Source: a virus. Taken from it: a DNA stretch of 60,934 nt. Location of the stretch: IMG/VR virus record IMGVR_UViG_3300020385_000001, positions 1 through 60,934 of that record. One strand, written 5' to 3'. A program made the position numbers and the translations under genes. Positions 42,771 through 52,842 of the stretch are shown here, one piece after another (within the stretch, counting starts at the first letter, position 1; each line of letters begins with the position of its first letter). The notes beneath the pieces were generated by a model. That model made no database searches, had not been told where the DNA came from, and saw only the letters and a list, made by a program, of their open reading frames with translations.

Positions 42771-43862
42771 ATGGCAGTAATATATTCATATCCTAAAGCA
42801 ACACCGACCTCGGCAGATCTACTTATAGGTACATTGACATCGGATGCAAGCGGAGAAAACCCAACAAAGACCTTTAGCATACAAGATATTATTAATTTAG
42901 TACCTGCGGCTGGAACGGGTGGTACCGTAACCTCGGTTGGGCTTACAACAAATACCAATGCTAGTGGTACAAGCAATCCATTTTTTAATATAACAGGCTC
43001 TCCAGTCAATGGTGCCGGGGATATTAACATAGATTTAAATACAACGGGTACCCCATCTAATTCAACATTCTTAAACGGTAATGGTGAATGGGCCGAACCA
43101 GTTGGCACGGGTACTCAAACGGTATACGCTTTGGGATCTAGTGCAAATGCGGGTAACGTAGATGTAGTATTAACTGCAACGGGTACCTCTATTACTACAA
43201 GTACTATAAAGCTTTTGCCATCGGGGCCTATAACATTGTCAAATGTAATATCTTCGGGCACTCTTTCAGAACTAACTATTGGCAGCACAGCCGTAGCAGG
43301 AGTTACAGCAGCAACAGCAGCGGGAACAACAACTGCTGCATCTTTTATAGAAATTGGTGGTACAACACAAAATCCTACTATAGCTCTTACTGCTTCGGGT
43401 CTAGGATCACCGGCCGCAAACTATTCACTAAGAGGGGATGGTACTTGGGGCTTACTTACTAGTGGGGGCACAATGAGTTCTTGGAACTTAAACGCCGACA
43501 ACAATACACCACAACAAATAGACAATGCGGAAACCGCTAAGATAGTAGGTGGCACAGGTATTTCTACCTCGGTAGCTGACAATGGAGGTGTTGCTGAAGT
43601 AACAATAGCTTTAGCTGCTAATACCCCAAATAGTATAGCAGGCGTAAATCCTTCTACATACGATAACAGCGGCGAATCTATTAGTATAAGTAATACAGGT
43701 AATGCTTATAGCATACAACCAAAAAATCAAGTTGTAAGTGGCCCGACCCCAACTGTTTCTGGAACTCCCCCAGATGTAATTAAAAGAATTGTTTCTTTAA
43801 CACAAGCTCAATATACAGCGCTAAATCCAAAAGACGCTAACACACTTTACGTAGTAGTATAA
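42771..43862 (+). CDS. Tail fibre protein 1 (363 aa)
   Basis: The N-terminus MAVIYSYPKATPTSADLLIGT...TKTFSIQDI is shared with fibre 3. The C-terminus LTQAQYTALNPKDANTLYVVV is a common fibre-end motif. The body is Thr/Gly/Ser-rich. Confidence 0.65.
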   Translation: MAVIYSYPKATPTSADLLIGTLTSDASGENPTKTFSIQDIINLVPAAGTGGTVTSVGLTTNTNASGTSNPFFNITGSPVNGAGDINIDLNTTGTPSNSTFLNGNGEWAEPVGTGTQTVYALGSSANAGNVDVVLTATGTSITTSTIKLLPSGPITLSNVISSGTLSELTIGSTAVAGVTAATAAGTTTAASFIEIGGTTQNPTIALTASGLGSPAANYSLRGDGTWGLLTSGGTMSSWNLNADNNTPQQIDNAETAKIVGGTGISTSVADNGGVAEVTIALAANTPNSIAGVNPSTYDNSGESISISNTGNAYSIQPKNQVVSGPTPTVSGTPPDVIKRIVSLTQAQYTALNPKDANTLYVVV

Positions 43863-43863
43863 T

Positions 43864-45087
43864 ATGCCAATATATTTAGGAAGTACAGAAGTTCTCGCAA
43901 CTGTTGCAGATCCTGATAAAGGGATTTATTTAGGGGATCAAAAAATATGTTCAACATTTTTAGGTTCATCTCAAACATTAGATAATTGTACTTATACCCC
44001 CGTTGTCGTAACTTTAAATGTTAATACAGGACAAATAACCGGAAGCGGGTATACAGTTGGAGGAGCTAACACGGGATCATCTCAAAGTGGTCAAGCTGGT
44101 GTAGATACTTATAGTTTTACAACTACAATACAAGCAGATAGTGGGTGGTCTTTTACCTCAGGCCCTACTATTTCACCAAATCCTAATACTGGAACTTTTC
44201 CATCGTCAAACACAACAGTAACAACAAGTATAAGCGGTACTGTAGAACAAGACGCTGTTCCTTCTTCAAGAATTAATTATTCAGCAAGCACCTCATTAGC
44301 TGGTGCTTCGGCTGGCATTGATGACCCCAGCGCCGGCTATAGAGATGGAACACCTGGGCAATCGGATGGAAACATTACTGTTTCTTTCAGCGGGTCTAGT
44401 GATTACACTTATGATGACTTAGAGGTTGCTGGAGTTTTTTTTAGTTATGGGTCTAGCGCTACATTTAGTCCAGGGACCACCTTCCCAGCGGATGGTACCA
44501 GCACACCATCAAGCTGGAGTGTAACAGGAACCGCTACCCCTGTACAATATACTTATACTTATAATATTTCTGCAGGAACAGTGTCAAATGGTGCTTCAAC
44601 CTCATATTCTGTTTCTGGCGGAACTTTAACCGATAGCAGCGATCCTCGCACAGGTTCATTAGGTGCTAATACCTCCGCAACAGTTACGGTAGAAGGAATT
44701 ATAGGTACATCAATTTCTGCATCAATATCTGCTTCAGCTAATAGCGGATATATACTTTATTCATCACCTACATCGGACAGTAGCTCTACAACAATAACTT
44801 CAGGCGGAGGAAGTGCTTCTATTAGTATAAATGCCGAAGCTAATTTAATTTACAATGATATTTATGCAACGGGCCCCTATACCACATATTATGACGCTAA
44901 TAATTGTTTACAAAACAATGTAAACTGCCAAAGCGGGCTTAGTGTTTGGTATGCGGGAGGTTCTTCTGGGGTATTAGGCTCATCTCCTTATTTTACAAGC
45001 TGGTCAGCAGCCTCAGGTCCCTCAGGAGCTTTACCGAATGGCTACTACATAGATGAAGATGCAAGTCCTCGAACAATATTTTCTTAA
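43864..45087 (+). CDS. Tail fibre/spike-associated protein 2 (407 aa), Ser/Thr/Gly-rich
   Basis: Assigned from its position between two fibre genes and its composition. No specific motif. Confidence 0.45.
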   Translation: MPIYLGSTEVLATVADPDKGIYLGDQKICSTFLGSSQTLDNCTYTPVVVTLNVNTGQITGSGYTVGGANTGSSQSGQAGVDTYSFTTTIQADSGWSFTSGPTISPNPNTGTFPSSNTTVTTSISGTVEQDAVPSSRINYSASTSLAGASAGIDDPSAGYRDGTPGQSDGNITVSFSGSSDYTYDDLEVAGVFFSYGSSATFSPGTTFPADGTSTPSSWSVTGTATPVQYTYTYNISAGTVSNGASTSYSVSGGTLTDSSDPRTGSLGANTSATVTVEGIIGTSISASISASANSGYILYSSPTSDSSSTTITSGGGSASISINAEANLIYNDIYATGPYTTYYDANNCLQNNVNCQSGLSVWYAGGSSGVLGSSPYFTSWSAASGPSGALPNGYYIDEDASPRTIFS

Positions 45088-45111
45088 TTAGAATATACAA
45101 AAAATAAAACA

Positions 45112-47781
45112 ATGGCAATAATTAATAGCTATCCTTTAGCTACACCAAAATTAACGGATTTAGTTCTAGGTACTTCAACTAGTAGTACGGGGCAAACCTC
45201 TACTAAGAGCTTTACCATACAAAGTATCAAAGATACCACGGCTGCGGTTAAAACAATAGTAACAGCTACACCTGACACTCTTGCTATTACAGGAACAACT
45301 AATGTTACTATTAATACAATTACCGCAGCGGTAACAAACGGTGGAAACAGTTTAGCTACAGGGAATGATATATATGATTTTGTAGTCGGTAAAATTACCG
45401 GTACTGCAAATACCGTACCTATATGGACAGATACAACAACATTAGGTGATTCATTAATTAGCCAGGCTAATAATTCCGTTATTATAAACGGCTCTGGAAC
45501 TGATGGAAGAATACAACTTAATTGTTCTAATGGTAATCACGGTGTTGGAATACAAAGTCCACCACATTCCGCTGGGGCTACATATGACTGGATATTGCCT
45601 CAAAGTGCCGGAACAGCTGGGCAAGTGTTAACATCAGGGGGCGGTGCTACAGATCAGCTAACATGGTCAACAAACGGTAATGTTGGCGGTACTGGTACAG
45701 CTAATAAATTATCTAAATGGACAAATGCTAATACACTAGCTGATTCTAATGTAGAAGATACGGGTAGTTTAGTAACTATATCAAGTGCTGCTAAAGTAAC
45801 GGGTAATTTAGAACTTGATGCAGATTTACTTGATGTTAATGGAGGTACAGGTACAGCCGGCCAATTGTTATCATCACTAGGAACAGGTAATGGTATTGAT
45901 TGGGTTGATGCGCCTGTAACAGGTGTTGTAACAGTAACCAGTGCAGACACAGATGTTATTACAGTAGGAGGCACATCCACTAACCCAACTATAGATGCTA
46001 ACACGGGGACTGTTTCTTCAAGCTCTGATAACTTAGCTACGGGTAAAGAAATACAAGCCGCTATTGATTTAACTGTTTTAACGGTAGCTACGGGTAATTC
46101 TGATACAATAACAATAGGTGGTACTGCAACAAATCCTACGGTTGCTGCAAACACCGCATCCGGAGTGGGGGCTAACCTGGATAACTTAGCTACTGGCGGT
46201 CAAATACAAGCGGCTATTGATGCAGCGCTAGCGGGAGCAGTTACATTTAAAGGAACTTTTAACGCAAGTACTGGTGCAATAACAGGCGGAGGTAATCTTA
46301 CTTCTGGGGGTTCCCGAGTTGCGGTTGCAGTAGGTGATATGTATGTTGTAAGTGTTGGAGGTAATTTTTATGGTAACTCATCTACACCATTAAACGTAGG
46401 CGACGAGGTAATTGCTGTATCTGCCGCAGTTGCCGGAGCATCAGTAGAGGGAGATTGGAATGCGGTCCCTTCAGCGGGCGGCGGTATAACCGGCGGGGGC
46501 ACAACTAATAAAGTTCCATTATGGACAGGTACAACTGTTTTAGGAGATTCTGCAATTGCACAAAGTGGTACTAATATAGGAATAGGGACAACTAGTCCTG
46601 CTGAAAAATTAACTGTATCTGGAAATGTAAACTTTACTGGAAAACTTGCAGTTGGCTTATCAGCCGCCCATTCTTCTATTGCGTTCTATAATCAAAACGA
46701 TGCTTATTTTAATGGCGCTGTAACTATTGATGATACTTTTACACAATCTGGCGGTGGCGCTTCTACTTTTTCAGGCAACGTAGGAATAGGGACTACTAGT
46801 CCTGATGCTAAGTTAGACATTCAAGGCGATGGTGCAGATTTTTTCTTACAGTCAGCCGACTTTAAACTAGCAAGAATACAACCAAGAGGTACTGGAGCAA
46901 ATTTAGATAAAGGATTGTTTTCTTTGTTTAATGGTAGCACAGAAAGTTTTAGGCTTGATACAGAAGGAAATTCTTGGTTAAACGGGGGTAATGTGAGCAT
47001 AGGGCATACAAGCCCCACCGCTCCCCTTGATGTTCGCAGGTCAGACGCTAGTGGTAGAGTAGCTGAATTTCACAATAATGGTGGCTATGGTATTAATATT
47101 GATGTGGAGGCGGACGGAGGTGTTAATACTATTGGCTCAGCAACTAACCAAGCGTTAGCCTTTGTAACAAATGGGGGCTCAAATGAAAAAATGCGCATTG
47201 CCTCTGATGGCAACGTAGGAATAGGCGAGGATAACCCAAACAGTGATTTACATATTACTGACAGCTTTCCAAGAATCACTTTGCAAGATTCTGACGGTAC
47301 GAATCAAATGGGCTTTTTAGATTTTAGCAATGGCCAGCTAGGTATTAATTCGCGGGACGGAACATCTTATGGCGAAATAAGATTTTATAGATTTAACGGC
47401 ACTGCTACTGAAGAAAGTATGCGTATAAGTTCTTCTGGCCAAGTTAAGTTTAACAATTATACAGCGCCAGGCTCATTTACTGGCACTGCAGCTGCTAATC
47501 TAGCTGTTGATAGTAGTGGTAACATTATAACAGAGGCTGCCAGCGGCGGTGGTGGTGGTGGAACTAAAACTGTATCTACTGTAGCTTCAGTTGCAGCTGG
47601 CGTATCAACTCATGCTTTGGGAGTTACTGTTACTACAACCCCTTTGGTTAATTATGTTGATTTATATATATCTGGTGTTTATCAAAGTAAAACTTCTTAT
47701 ACTGTAAGTGGTAGCACATTAACTTTAACGGGGGCAACATTCCCAACTGGTGCATTAATTGAAACAGTAACAACTACATAA
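45112..47781 (+). CDS. Tail fibre protein 3 (889 aa) with internal repeats
   Basis: The N-terminus is MAIINSYPLATPKLTDLVLGT...TKSFTIQSI. It has tandem ~45-aa repeats (I.(V/I)GGT.TNPT..ANT...DNLATG..IQAAID) and 4 copies of GN(V)(G/S)IG.(T/D)(S/N)P...L. Confidence 0.7.
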   Translation: MAIINSYPLATPKLTDLVLGTSTSSTGQTSTKSFTIQSIKDTTAAVKTIVTATPDTLAITGTTNVTINTITAAVTNGGNSLATGNDIYDFVVGKITGTANTVPIWTDTTTLGDSLISQANNSVIINGSGTDGRIQLNCSNGNHGVGIQSPPHSAGATYDWILPQSAGTAGQVLTSGGGATDQLTWSTNGNVGGTGTANKLSKWTNANTLADSNVEDTGSLVTISSAAKVTGNLELDADLLDVNGGTGTAGQLLSSLGTGNGIDWVDAPVTGVVTVTSADTDVITVGGTSTNPTIDANTGTVSSSSDNLATGKEIQAAIDLTVLTVATGNSDTITIGGTATNPTVAANTASGVGANLDNLATGGQIQAAIDAALAGAVTFKGTFNASTGAITGGGNLTSGGSRVAVAVGDMYVVSVGGNFYGNSSTPLNVGDEVIAVSAAVAGASVEGDWNAVPSAGGGITGGGTTNKVPLWTGTTVLGDSAIAQSGTNIGIGTTSPAEKLTVSGNVNFTGKLAVGLSAAHSSIAFYNQNDAYFNGAVTIDDTFTQSGGGASTFSGNVGIGTTSPDAKLDIQGDGADFFLQSADFKLARIQPRGTGANLDKGLFSLFNGSTESFRLDTEGNSWLNGGNVSIGHTSPTAPLDVRRSDASGRVAEFHNNGGYGINIDVEADGGVNTIGSATNQALAFVTNGGSNEKMRIASDGNVGIGEDNPNSDLHITDSFPRITLQDSDGTNQMGFLDFSNGQLGINSRDGTSYGEIRFYRFNGTATEESMRISSSGQVKFNNYTAPGSFTGTAAANLAVDSSGNIITEAASGGGGGGTKTVSTVASVAAGVSTHALGVTVTTTPLVNYVDLYISGVYQSKTSYTVSGSTLTLTGATFPTGALIETVTTT

Positions 47782-47784
47782 TAC

Positions 47785-48828
47785 ATGGCAATAACTAAAG
47801 TAAGAGCTTCTGGTATAGACCTTAGTGGCAATACAACTTTTTTAGCTTTGCCAAAAGGAACTACCGCTCAAAGACCTTCTTCTCCAGTATCTGGAATGAT
47901 TCGCGAAAATACAACTCTAAACCAATTAGAGTTTTACAATGGCACAGACTGGCGTGTAATGAAACAAGCTGTGCCAGATATAGAATACCTTGTATTAGCC
48001 GGGGGCGGTGGAGGCGGTGGCTGGGGTGGCGGCGGCGGAGCCGGCGGATTACTTACTAGTTCATTTGTGCCTGTATCGGGAACAACTTATACAGTAGCTA
48101 TTGGAACTGGCGGAACTGCAGGCGGATATAGCAGCAGTTATTATTCTGGAGGACAGGGTAATAATTCATCTATTTCAGGATCAGGTCTAACAACTATAAC
48201 CGCTATAGGCGGTGGGGGTGGCGGACGATATGATGCTAATGCAGGTGACGGTTGGCCTGGAGGCTCGGGTGGGGGGGCATCTTCAAGACATCCAAGTTAT
48301 AGCGGAGGAATCGGTGGCGCGGGAACATCAGGCCAAGGAAACGATGGCGGAGCCACTGCCTCCAGTGGAAGTTTTTATCCAGCAGGCGGCGGCGGCGGTG
48401 GGGCAGGAGCTGCGGGTGCCGGCGGAAGTGGCAATCAAGGAGGCACAGGAGGAATCGGAATACAATCTAATATTACAGGTAGTAATAAATATTATGCTGG
48501 AGGTGGTGCAGGAATAACTACTCAATCTAATACTGTATCAGCCGGAGGCAATGGCGGTGGAGGAGCGGGATCTCGGTATAATACAGCGTCTGGATCGATG
48601 AGTGAAATTGTTGCTATTTCTGGCACAAACGGATTAGGTGGTGGAGGCGGCGGTGCAAGTTATCCTAGTAGTGCGGGCGCTGGTGGAAATGGAACCGTAA
48701 TAATTAAATTACCTACTTCTTTTACAATAAGCGTTACAGGATCACCAACATTAAATCCCGATGGAGCAGTGTCTGGATTTAATATTTATGAATTTGGTAC
48801 AGGGGGTGGAACATTTACAATAAGCTAA
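47785..48828 (+). CDS. Glycine-rich tail fibre/adhesin paralog A (347 aa)
   Basis: MAITKV...LPKGTTAQRPSSPVSGMIRENTTLNQLEFYNGTDW, then YLVLAGGGGGGG... Gly-rich body, ending GGNGTVIIKLP. Confidence 0.65.
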   Translation: MAITKVRASGIDLSGNTTFLALPKGTTAQRPSSPVSGMIRENTTLNQLEFYNGTDWRVMKQAVPDIEYLVLAGGGGGGGWGGGGGAGGLLTSSFVPVSGTTYTVAIGTGGTAGGYSSSYYSGGQGNNSSISGSGLTTITAIGGGGGGRYDANAGDGWPGGSGGGASSRHPSYSGGIGGAGTSGQGNDGGATASSGSFYPAGGGGGGAGAAGAGGSGNQGGTGGIGIQSNITGSNKYYAGGGAGITTQSNTVSAGGNGGGGAGSRYNTASGSMSEIVAISGTNGLGGGGGGASYPSSAGAGGNGTVIIKLPTSFTISVTGSPTLNPDGAVSGFNIYEFGTGGGTFTIS

Positions 48829-51218
48829 TGGCAATAACAAAAGTAATAAATGATTTAATTGATTTAAATCAAACAGGAGATTATAGCGGAATTAGATTAC
48901 CGGAAGGCACAACAGCAGATAGAACAGAAACTTTTACAGCAGATTATTTAGTTGTAGCCGGCGGTGGAGGTACAGGCACAGATAGTCCTGGCGGTGGCGG
49001 CGGTGGAGGTTTGCGTACTTCTTATAATAATTCAACAACTACTACAAACACTTTAAGTTTCCCATCTGGAAAAACGGCAATAGCTACATATATGCTAGAT
49101 GGAAATGCTACAGACGTTTCTGGTAATTATAATGGGGCAGAAAGTTCTATAACTTACAATACAGGACAATACGGCGGAGCTGCAGTGTTTAATGGTAGTA
49201 GTAGTACTATATCTATACCAAATCTTAAATCCGTACTAAATAATAATTTCAGTGTTTCCTTTTGGTGGAAACCAGAGCTTATGAATACATTTCAAGTTCC
49301 TATAGGAGGGCTTTATGATGAAGCTGGAGGAGCTGCTTATGGATGGATGGTTTATCAGGGTAGTGATAATAAAATGTATTTATACTGGATTATTTCTATA
49401 TCACCTAATACATCAAATGCTTTTAGTAATAATACAGTTTTAACTCAAGGTAGCTGGTATCACATTGTAGCAACCAAATCTTCAACAGGTGCTGCTCTAT
49501 ATGTAAATAAAGCTGATGCGGCAAGTAGCCCAAGTGCAGGAAGTGTGTGGAATATAGAATATACCACCAACCCTAATTTTTATTTTGGAAAAAGAAATGT
49601 TTCTAATAGTTATGCTAATGGAGTATTAGACCAAGTAAGATTATATAATACTATATTAACTCAAACTAATGTAGATGATCTTTATAACAATGAAGTACAA
49701 GCAAATTCCGGAGGGGGAACCCCAGCTGAATCAAGTTTAACATTAGAAGCGGGTACTTCTTATGGTATAACTGTAGGAGATGGAGGAACAAAAGCAGCGG
49801 GTAGTAATTCAGTTTTTTCTAATATAACTTCTGATGGAGGTGGGGCCGGTGGAGGATCAGGCTCAAGCGCAGGATATAATGGCGGTAATGGAGGGTCCGG
49901 TGGAGGGGCTTCAGGTGGTAATTATTCATTACCCGGCGGAAATGGTACTACTGCACAGGGATATGCTGGTGGTGGATCAGGATCGCAGGCCGGCACTGGA
50001 TACCCAGGTGGTGGAGGTGGGGGTGCCTCTGCTAAAGGGCAAACACTTGCAACTTCATCGGATAATGGTGGTACAGGGGGTGATGGAGTTATTACTAATA
50101 TTTTAAATTCTACAAATGCTGCTTCATCTTATGTAGGAGAAGTTTCTGGTTCAAATGTTTATTATTCTGGGGGTGGAGGCGGATCTACCTATACTACAAC
50201 ATTAGGTGCGGGAGGGCTTGGTGGAGGTGCTGATGGTCAAAAATATATAGATGCCCAGACTACAAATAATGGTACTACAAACACAGGTGGTGGAGGTGGA
50301 GCTCAAAATTCTACAGGTGGTTCGGGTGTAGTAATACTTCGTTATCCTACAGCCAATGTAACTAGCTTTACAACTTCAGGTACTTTAATAACCCCTTCTG
50401 CAACAGACACAGTAGCAAATACAGCTTACCCGGTGGCTAATGAAGCATATTATAAATTAGATGGTAATGTAAACGAAGCAACTGGTACACATACTGCAAC
50501 TGCTCATAATATTACTTATTCGAATGGTGGGGTTTATAATCAAGCAGCCGTTTTTGATGGGGGTGCATATATAGACAGCGGATATACAGCTGTATCAAGT
50601 ACAAGCGCATCTATTTCTTTTTGGGTTAATATAAGAGCTTATACAGTTTATGGAGGATTTGTTGGAGACAGCACAGGCCAATCAGCAGCATCTCGGTTTT
50701 TTATAGGACAAGGTGCTGGAACAGCAGGAAATTTATGGGTTAGTATAGGAAACGGAAGCTCTTCATGGTATGATGAGACTACTGTAAGTTTAACTAGTTA
50801 CGGTCTTAATAAATGGTTTCATGTAGTAGGAACGGTAAATGGCACAACAGTAAAAATATATATAAACGGAAGTTTAGTGCATACTTATACAAGTAGCGTA
50901 AGTTATGCAGGAGCTGGCACTTTTCCTTATTATTTTGGCGGTTGGGGTAACGCTTTACGTTTAGATGGACTTATGGACCAAATTAGATTTTATAGTACTG
51001 AATTAAGTCAGGCTTATGTAACAGACCTTTATAATGAACATTATAAAACTTTATATACTGAAGGCAGTGATACTGTATTAGTATTTAATAGAGGTACAGG
51101 AACAATAAATTTTACAGGAACAGGTCCAATCCCACCTTCTGGGGCTATAAGATATAATACAACAACAAAAACAATAGAATTTTACAATGGAGCATGGGTT
51201 GAGACTGCTACCTCATAA
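48828..51218 (+). CDS. Glycine-rich tail fibre/adhesin paralog B with two LamG-like lectin domains (796 aa)
   Basis: MAITKV...LPEGTTADR...DYLVVAGGGG. There are two LamG-type modules (YMLDGNATDVSGN...LDQVRLYNTILT and YYKLDGNVNEATG...MDQIRFYSTELS). The C-terminus is IRYNTTTKTIEFYNGAW. Confidence 0.7.
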   Translation: MAITKVINDLIDLNQTGDYSGIRLPEGTTADRTETFTADYLVVAGGGGTGTDSPGGGGGGGLRTSYNNSTTTTNTLSFPSGKTAIATYMLDGNATDVSGNYNGAESSITYNTGQYGGAAVFNGSSSTISIPNLKSVLNNNFSVSFWWKPELMNTFQVPIGGLYDEAGGAAYGWMVYQGSDNKMYLYWIISISPNTSNAFSNNTVLTQGSWYHIVATKSSTGAALYVNKADAASSPSAGSVWNIEYTTNPNFYFGKRNVSNSYANGVLDQVRLYNTILTQTNVDDLYNNEVQANSGGGTPAESSLTLEAGTSYGITVGDGGTKAAGSNSVFSNITSDGGGAGGGSGSSAGYNGGNGGSGGGASGGNYSLPGGNGTTAQGYAGGGSGSQAGTGYPGGGGGGASAKGQTLATSSDNGGTGGDGVITNILNSTNAASSYVGEVSGSNVYYSGGGGGSTYTTTLGAGGLGGGADGQKYIDAQTTNNGTTNTGGGGGAQNSTGGSGVVILRYPTANVTSFTTSGTLITPSATDTVANTAYPVANEAYYKLDGNVNEATGTHTATAHNITYSNGGVYNQAAVFDGGAYIDSGYTAVSSTSASISFWVNIRAYTVYGGFVGDSTGQSAASRFFIGQGAGTAGNLWVSIGNGSSSWYDETTVSLTSYGLNKWFHVVGTVNGTTVKIYINGSLVHTYTSSVSYAGAGTFPYYFGGWGNALRLDGLMDQIRFYSTELSQAYVTDLYNEHYKTLYTEGSDTVLVFNRGTGTINFTGTGPIPPSGAIRYNTTTKTIEFYNGAWVETATS

Positions 51219-51228
51219 AAAATATTAA

Positions 51229-52365
51229 ATGGCAAATACTATAATTAACACACCAGAATTATTAGATTTTGGTTCATCCACTGGAGCAACAATTTTACCT
51301 AAAGGAGCATCTAGCGAGCGCCCCCCTTCTGCAAATATCGCAGGCATTGATTATTTAGTAGTAGCTGGTGGAGGTGGTGGTGGAACTGGTGTTACTGCTT
51401 CCACAATTGGCACAGGAGGTGGCGGTGGCGCTGGAGGTTTGCGTACATCGTATGGTTCAACTTCCGGAGGTGGATCGTCTGCGGAATCAAGCTTAGATTT
51501 ATTAGTAGCAACTAATTACACTGTTACAGTAGGTACCGGAGGGAATGGCGGTACTGCAGGTTCTAGCGGTGCAACTAATGGACAAGATTCAGTTTTTAGC
51601 TCAATTACTTCTGTAGGCGGGGGTGCCGCTGGTAGTTATAGAAATCCTACAAGTTCAAGTTATTACGCACAAGTAGGCGGATCGGGTGGAGGGTCAACCT
51701 ATCGTGGCGCGTCCGGTACTACCGGTGCCGATGGAACAGCAAATCAAGGATACAAGGGAGGTAATGATTTAGGCAACGGAGGAGCGTCTGCATATGGTGC
51801 CGGTGGTGGTGGTGGTGCATCTGCCGTGGGTGTAAACGGAAATGGAACCGCCCCTGGGGGCGGGGGCAATGGTCTAGCGGTAGCTATAACTGGTTCTTCT
51901 GTAACATACGCTGGAGGCGGTGGTGCAGGAGGAGTCCAAGGATATACTCAAGCTGTTGGCGGAGCAGGCGGAGGTGGCGCTGGTGGCGTTGGAAATGGAA
52001 ATGCTGGAACTGCTGGGACTGCAAACACCGGCGGTGGCGGCGGGGGTGGTGGTAAAACGTCTGCTTCTGGAACATTGCCAGGCAGCGGGGGTGTTGGGGG
52101 CTCTGGTATAGTTATTTTAAGATATGCTAGCACAATAACAATTACAGTCGGGTCTGGATTAACTACGGGCGTATTAAACGCAACTGTTTCAGGAAGCACT
52201 GATAAGTATACTACTTTTACTTCTGGTACTGGCACTATAACATTTGCAAATTCTTATTCTGGTCCTTTTGCTACAGAAGGAGATTTTAGATTTAATACTA
52301 GCACTAATAAAACAGAATTTTATAATGGGACTAGCTGGAAACAAATAATTGATGAACCAGCTTAA
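51229..52365 (+). CDS. Glycine-rich tail fibre/adhesin paralog C (378 aa)
   Basis: ...LPKGASSERPPSA..DYLVVAGGGGGG...GGSGIVILRYA...FRFNTSTNKTEFYNGTSW. Confidence 0.65.
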   Translation: MANTIINTPELLDFGSSTGATILPKGASSERPPSANIAGIDYLVVAGGGGGGTGVTASTIGTGGGGGAGGLRTSYGSTSGGGSSAESSLDLLVATNYTVTVGTGGNGGTAGSSGATNGQDSVFSSITSVGGGAAGSYRNPTSSSYYAQVGGSGGGSTYRGASGTTGADGTANQGYKGGNDLGNGGASAYGAGGGGGASAVGVNGNGTAPGGGGNGLAVAITGSSVTYAGGGGAGGVQGYTQAVGGAGGGGAGGVGNGNAGTAGTANTGGGGGGGGKTSASGTLPGSGGVGGSGIVILRYASTITITVGSGLTTGVLNATVSGSTDKYTTFTSGTGTITFANSYSGPFATEGDFRFNTSTNKTEFYNGTSWKQIIDEPA

Positions 52366-52380
52366 AATTAAAATAAAAAA

Positions 52381-52842
52381 ATGAAATTACCAAGAAACGG
52401 CATAGCCCGAGAAATAAGGCATTATATTGGGAGTTTATTTGTATTCTTATTAATCATAGGAATAGTGGTATGGCTTGTAATGTTCCCAGTATTAGAAACA
52501 AACAAAGAGGTTGTAATGATGCTTATTGGAACTATAAGTGCATCCATAGGTGTTGTTATTAGTACAATTACAGGCGCCAAGCCTGATGATGTAAATGCAT
52601 TAAAAGGTGATGTAGAAAAAAAGCAATTACAAATAGATTATTTAACTAAAGCAAAAGATGATTTAGAATCTATGGTTATCAATCTTCAAAAAGAAATGTT
52701 GAAAAACCAAGATGACGTAATGGACAAGATTATATTAAAAGCAGCATTAGATTATGATGACAGAGCCGGAGCGCATAAGCAACTATCGTTGCAAAAAAAA
52801 TGTATATGCGGCGAAGACAGTTGTTCTTGTAAAGGTGAGTAA
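52381..52842 (+). CDS. Membrane protein (153 aa): 2 TM, coiled coil, Cys-rich tail
   Basis: IGSLFVFLLIIGIVVWLVMFPVL and VVMMLIGTISASIGVVISTITG are hydrophobic stretches. The C-terminus is KKCICGEDSCSCKGE. Confidence 0.55.
   Translation: MKLPRNGIAREIRHYIGSLFVFLLIIGIVVWLVMFPVLETNKEVVMMLIGTISASIGVVISTITGAKPDDVNALKGDVEKKQLQIDYLTKAKDDLESMVINLQKEMLKNQDDVMDKIILKAALDYDDRAGAHKQLSLQKKCICGEDSCSCKGE

Noticed and set aside
45460-45480. CAGGCTAAT preceded by AGGTGA inside fibre gene 3, resembling the bipartite ~47-nt element
   Set aside because: The block spacing is 13 nt rather than 17-18. There is no TGCGAC or GTC(A/G)C flank, and it lies deep in coding sequence. It is probably coincidental.
42665-46154. 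Minus-strand ORFs 42665..43108 and 45654..46154
   Set aside because: They are antisense to fibre genes in Thr/Gly/Ala-rich, stop-poor sequence, and have no motifs.
48212-52235. Alternative-frame and antisense ORFs inside the glycine-rich fibre genes (48212..48517, 48328..48525, 49834..50106, 51884..52075, 51920..52111, 51948..52235)
   Set aside because: They arise from GGN-periodic sequence that is stop-poor in all frames. Their products are low-complexity (Pro/Val/Ala/Gln runs). The sense frames carry coherent fibre motifs.
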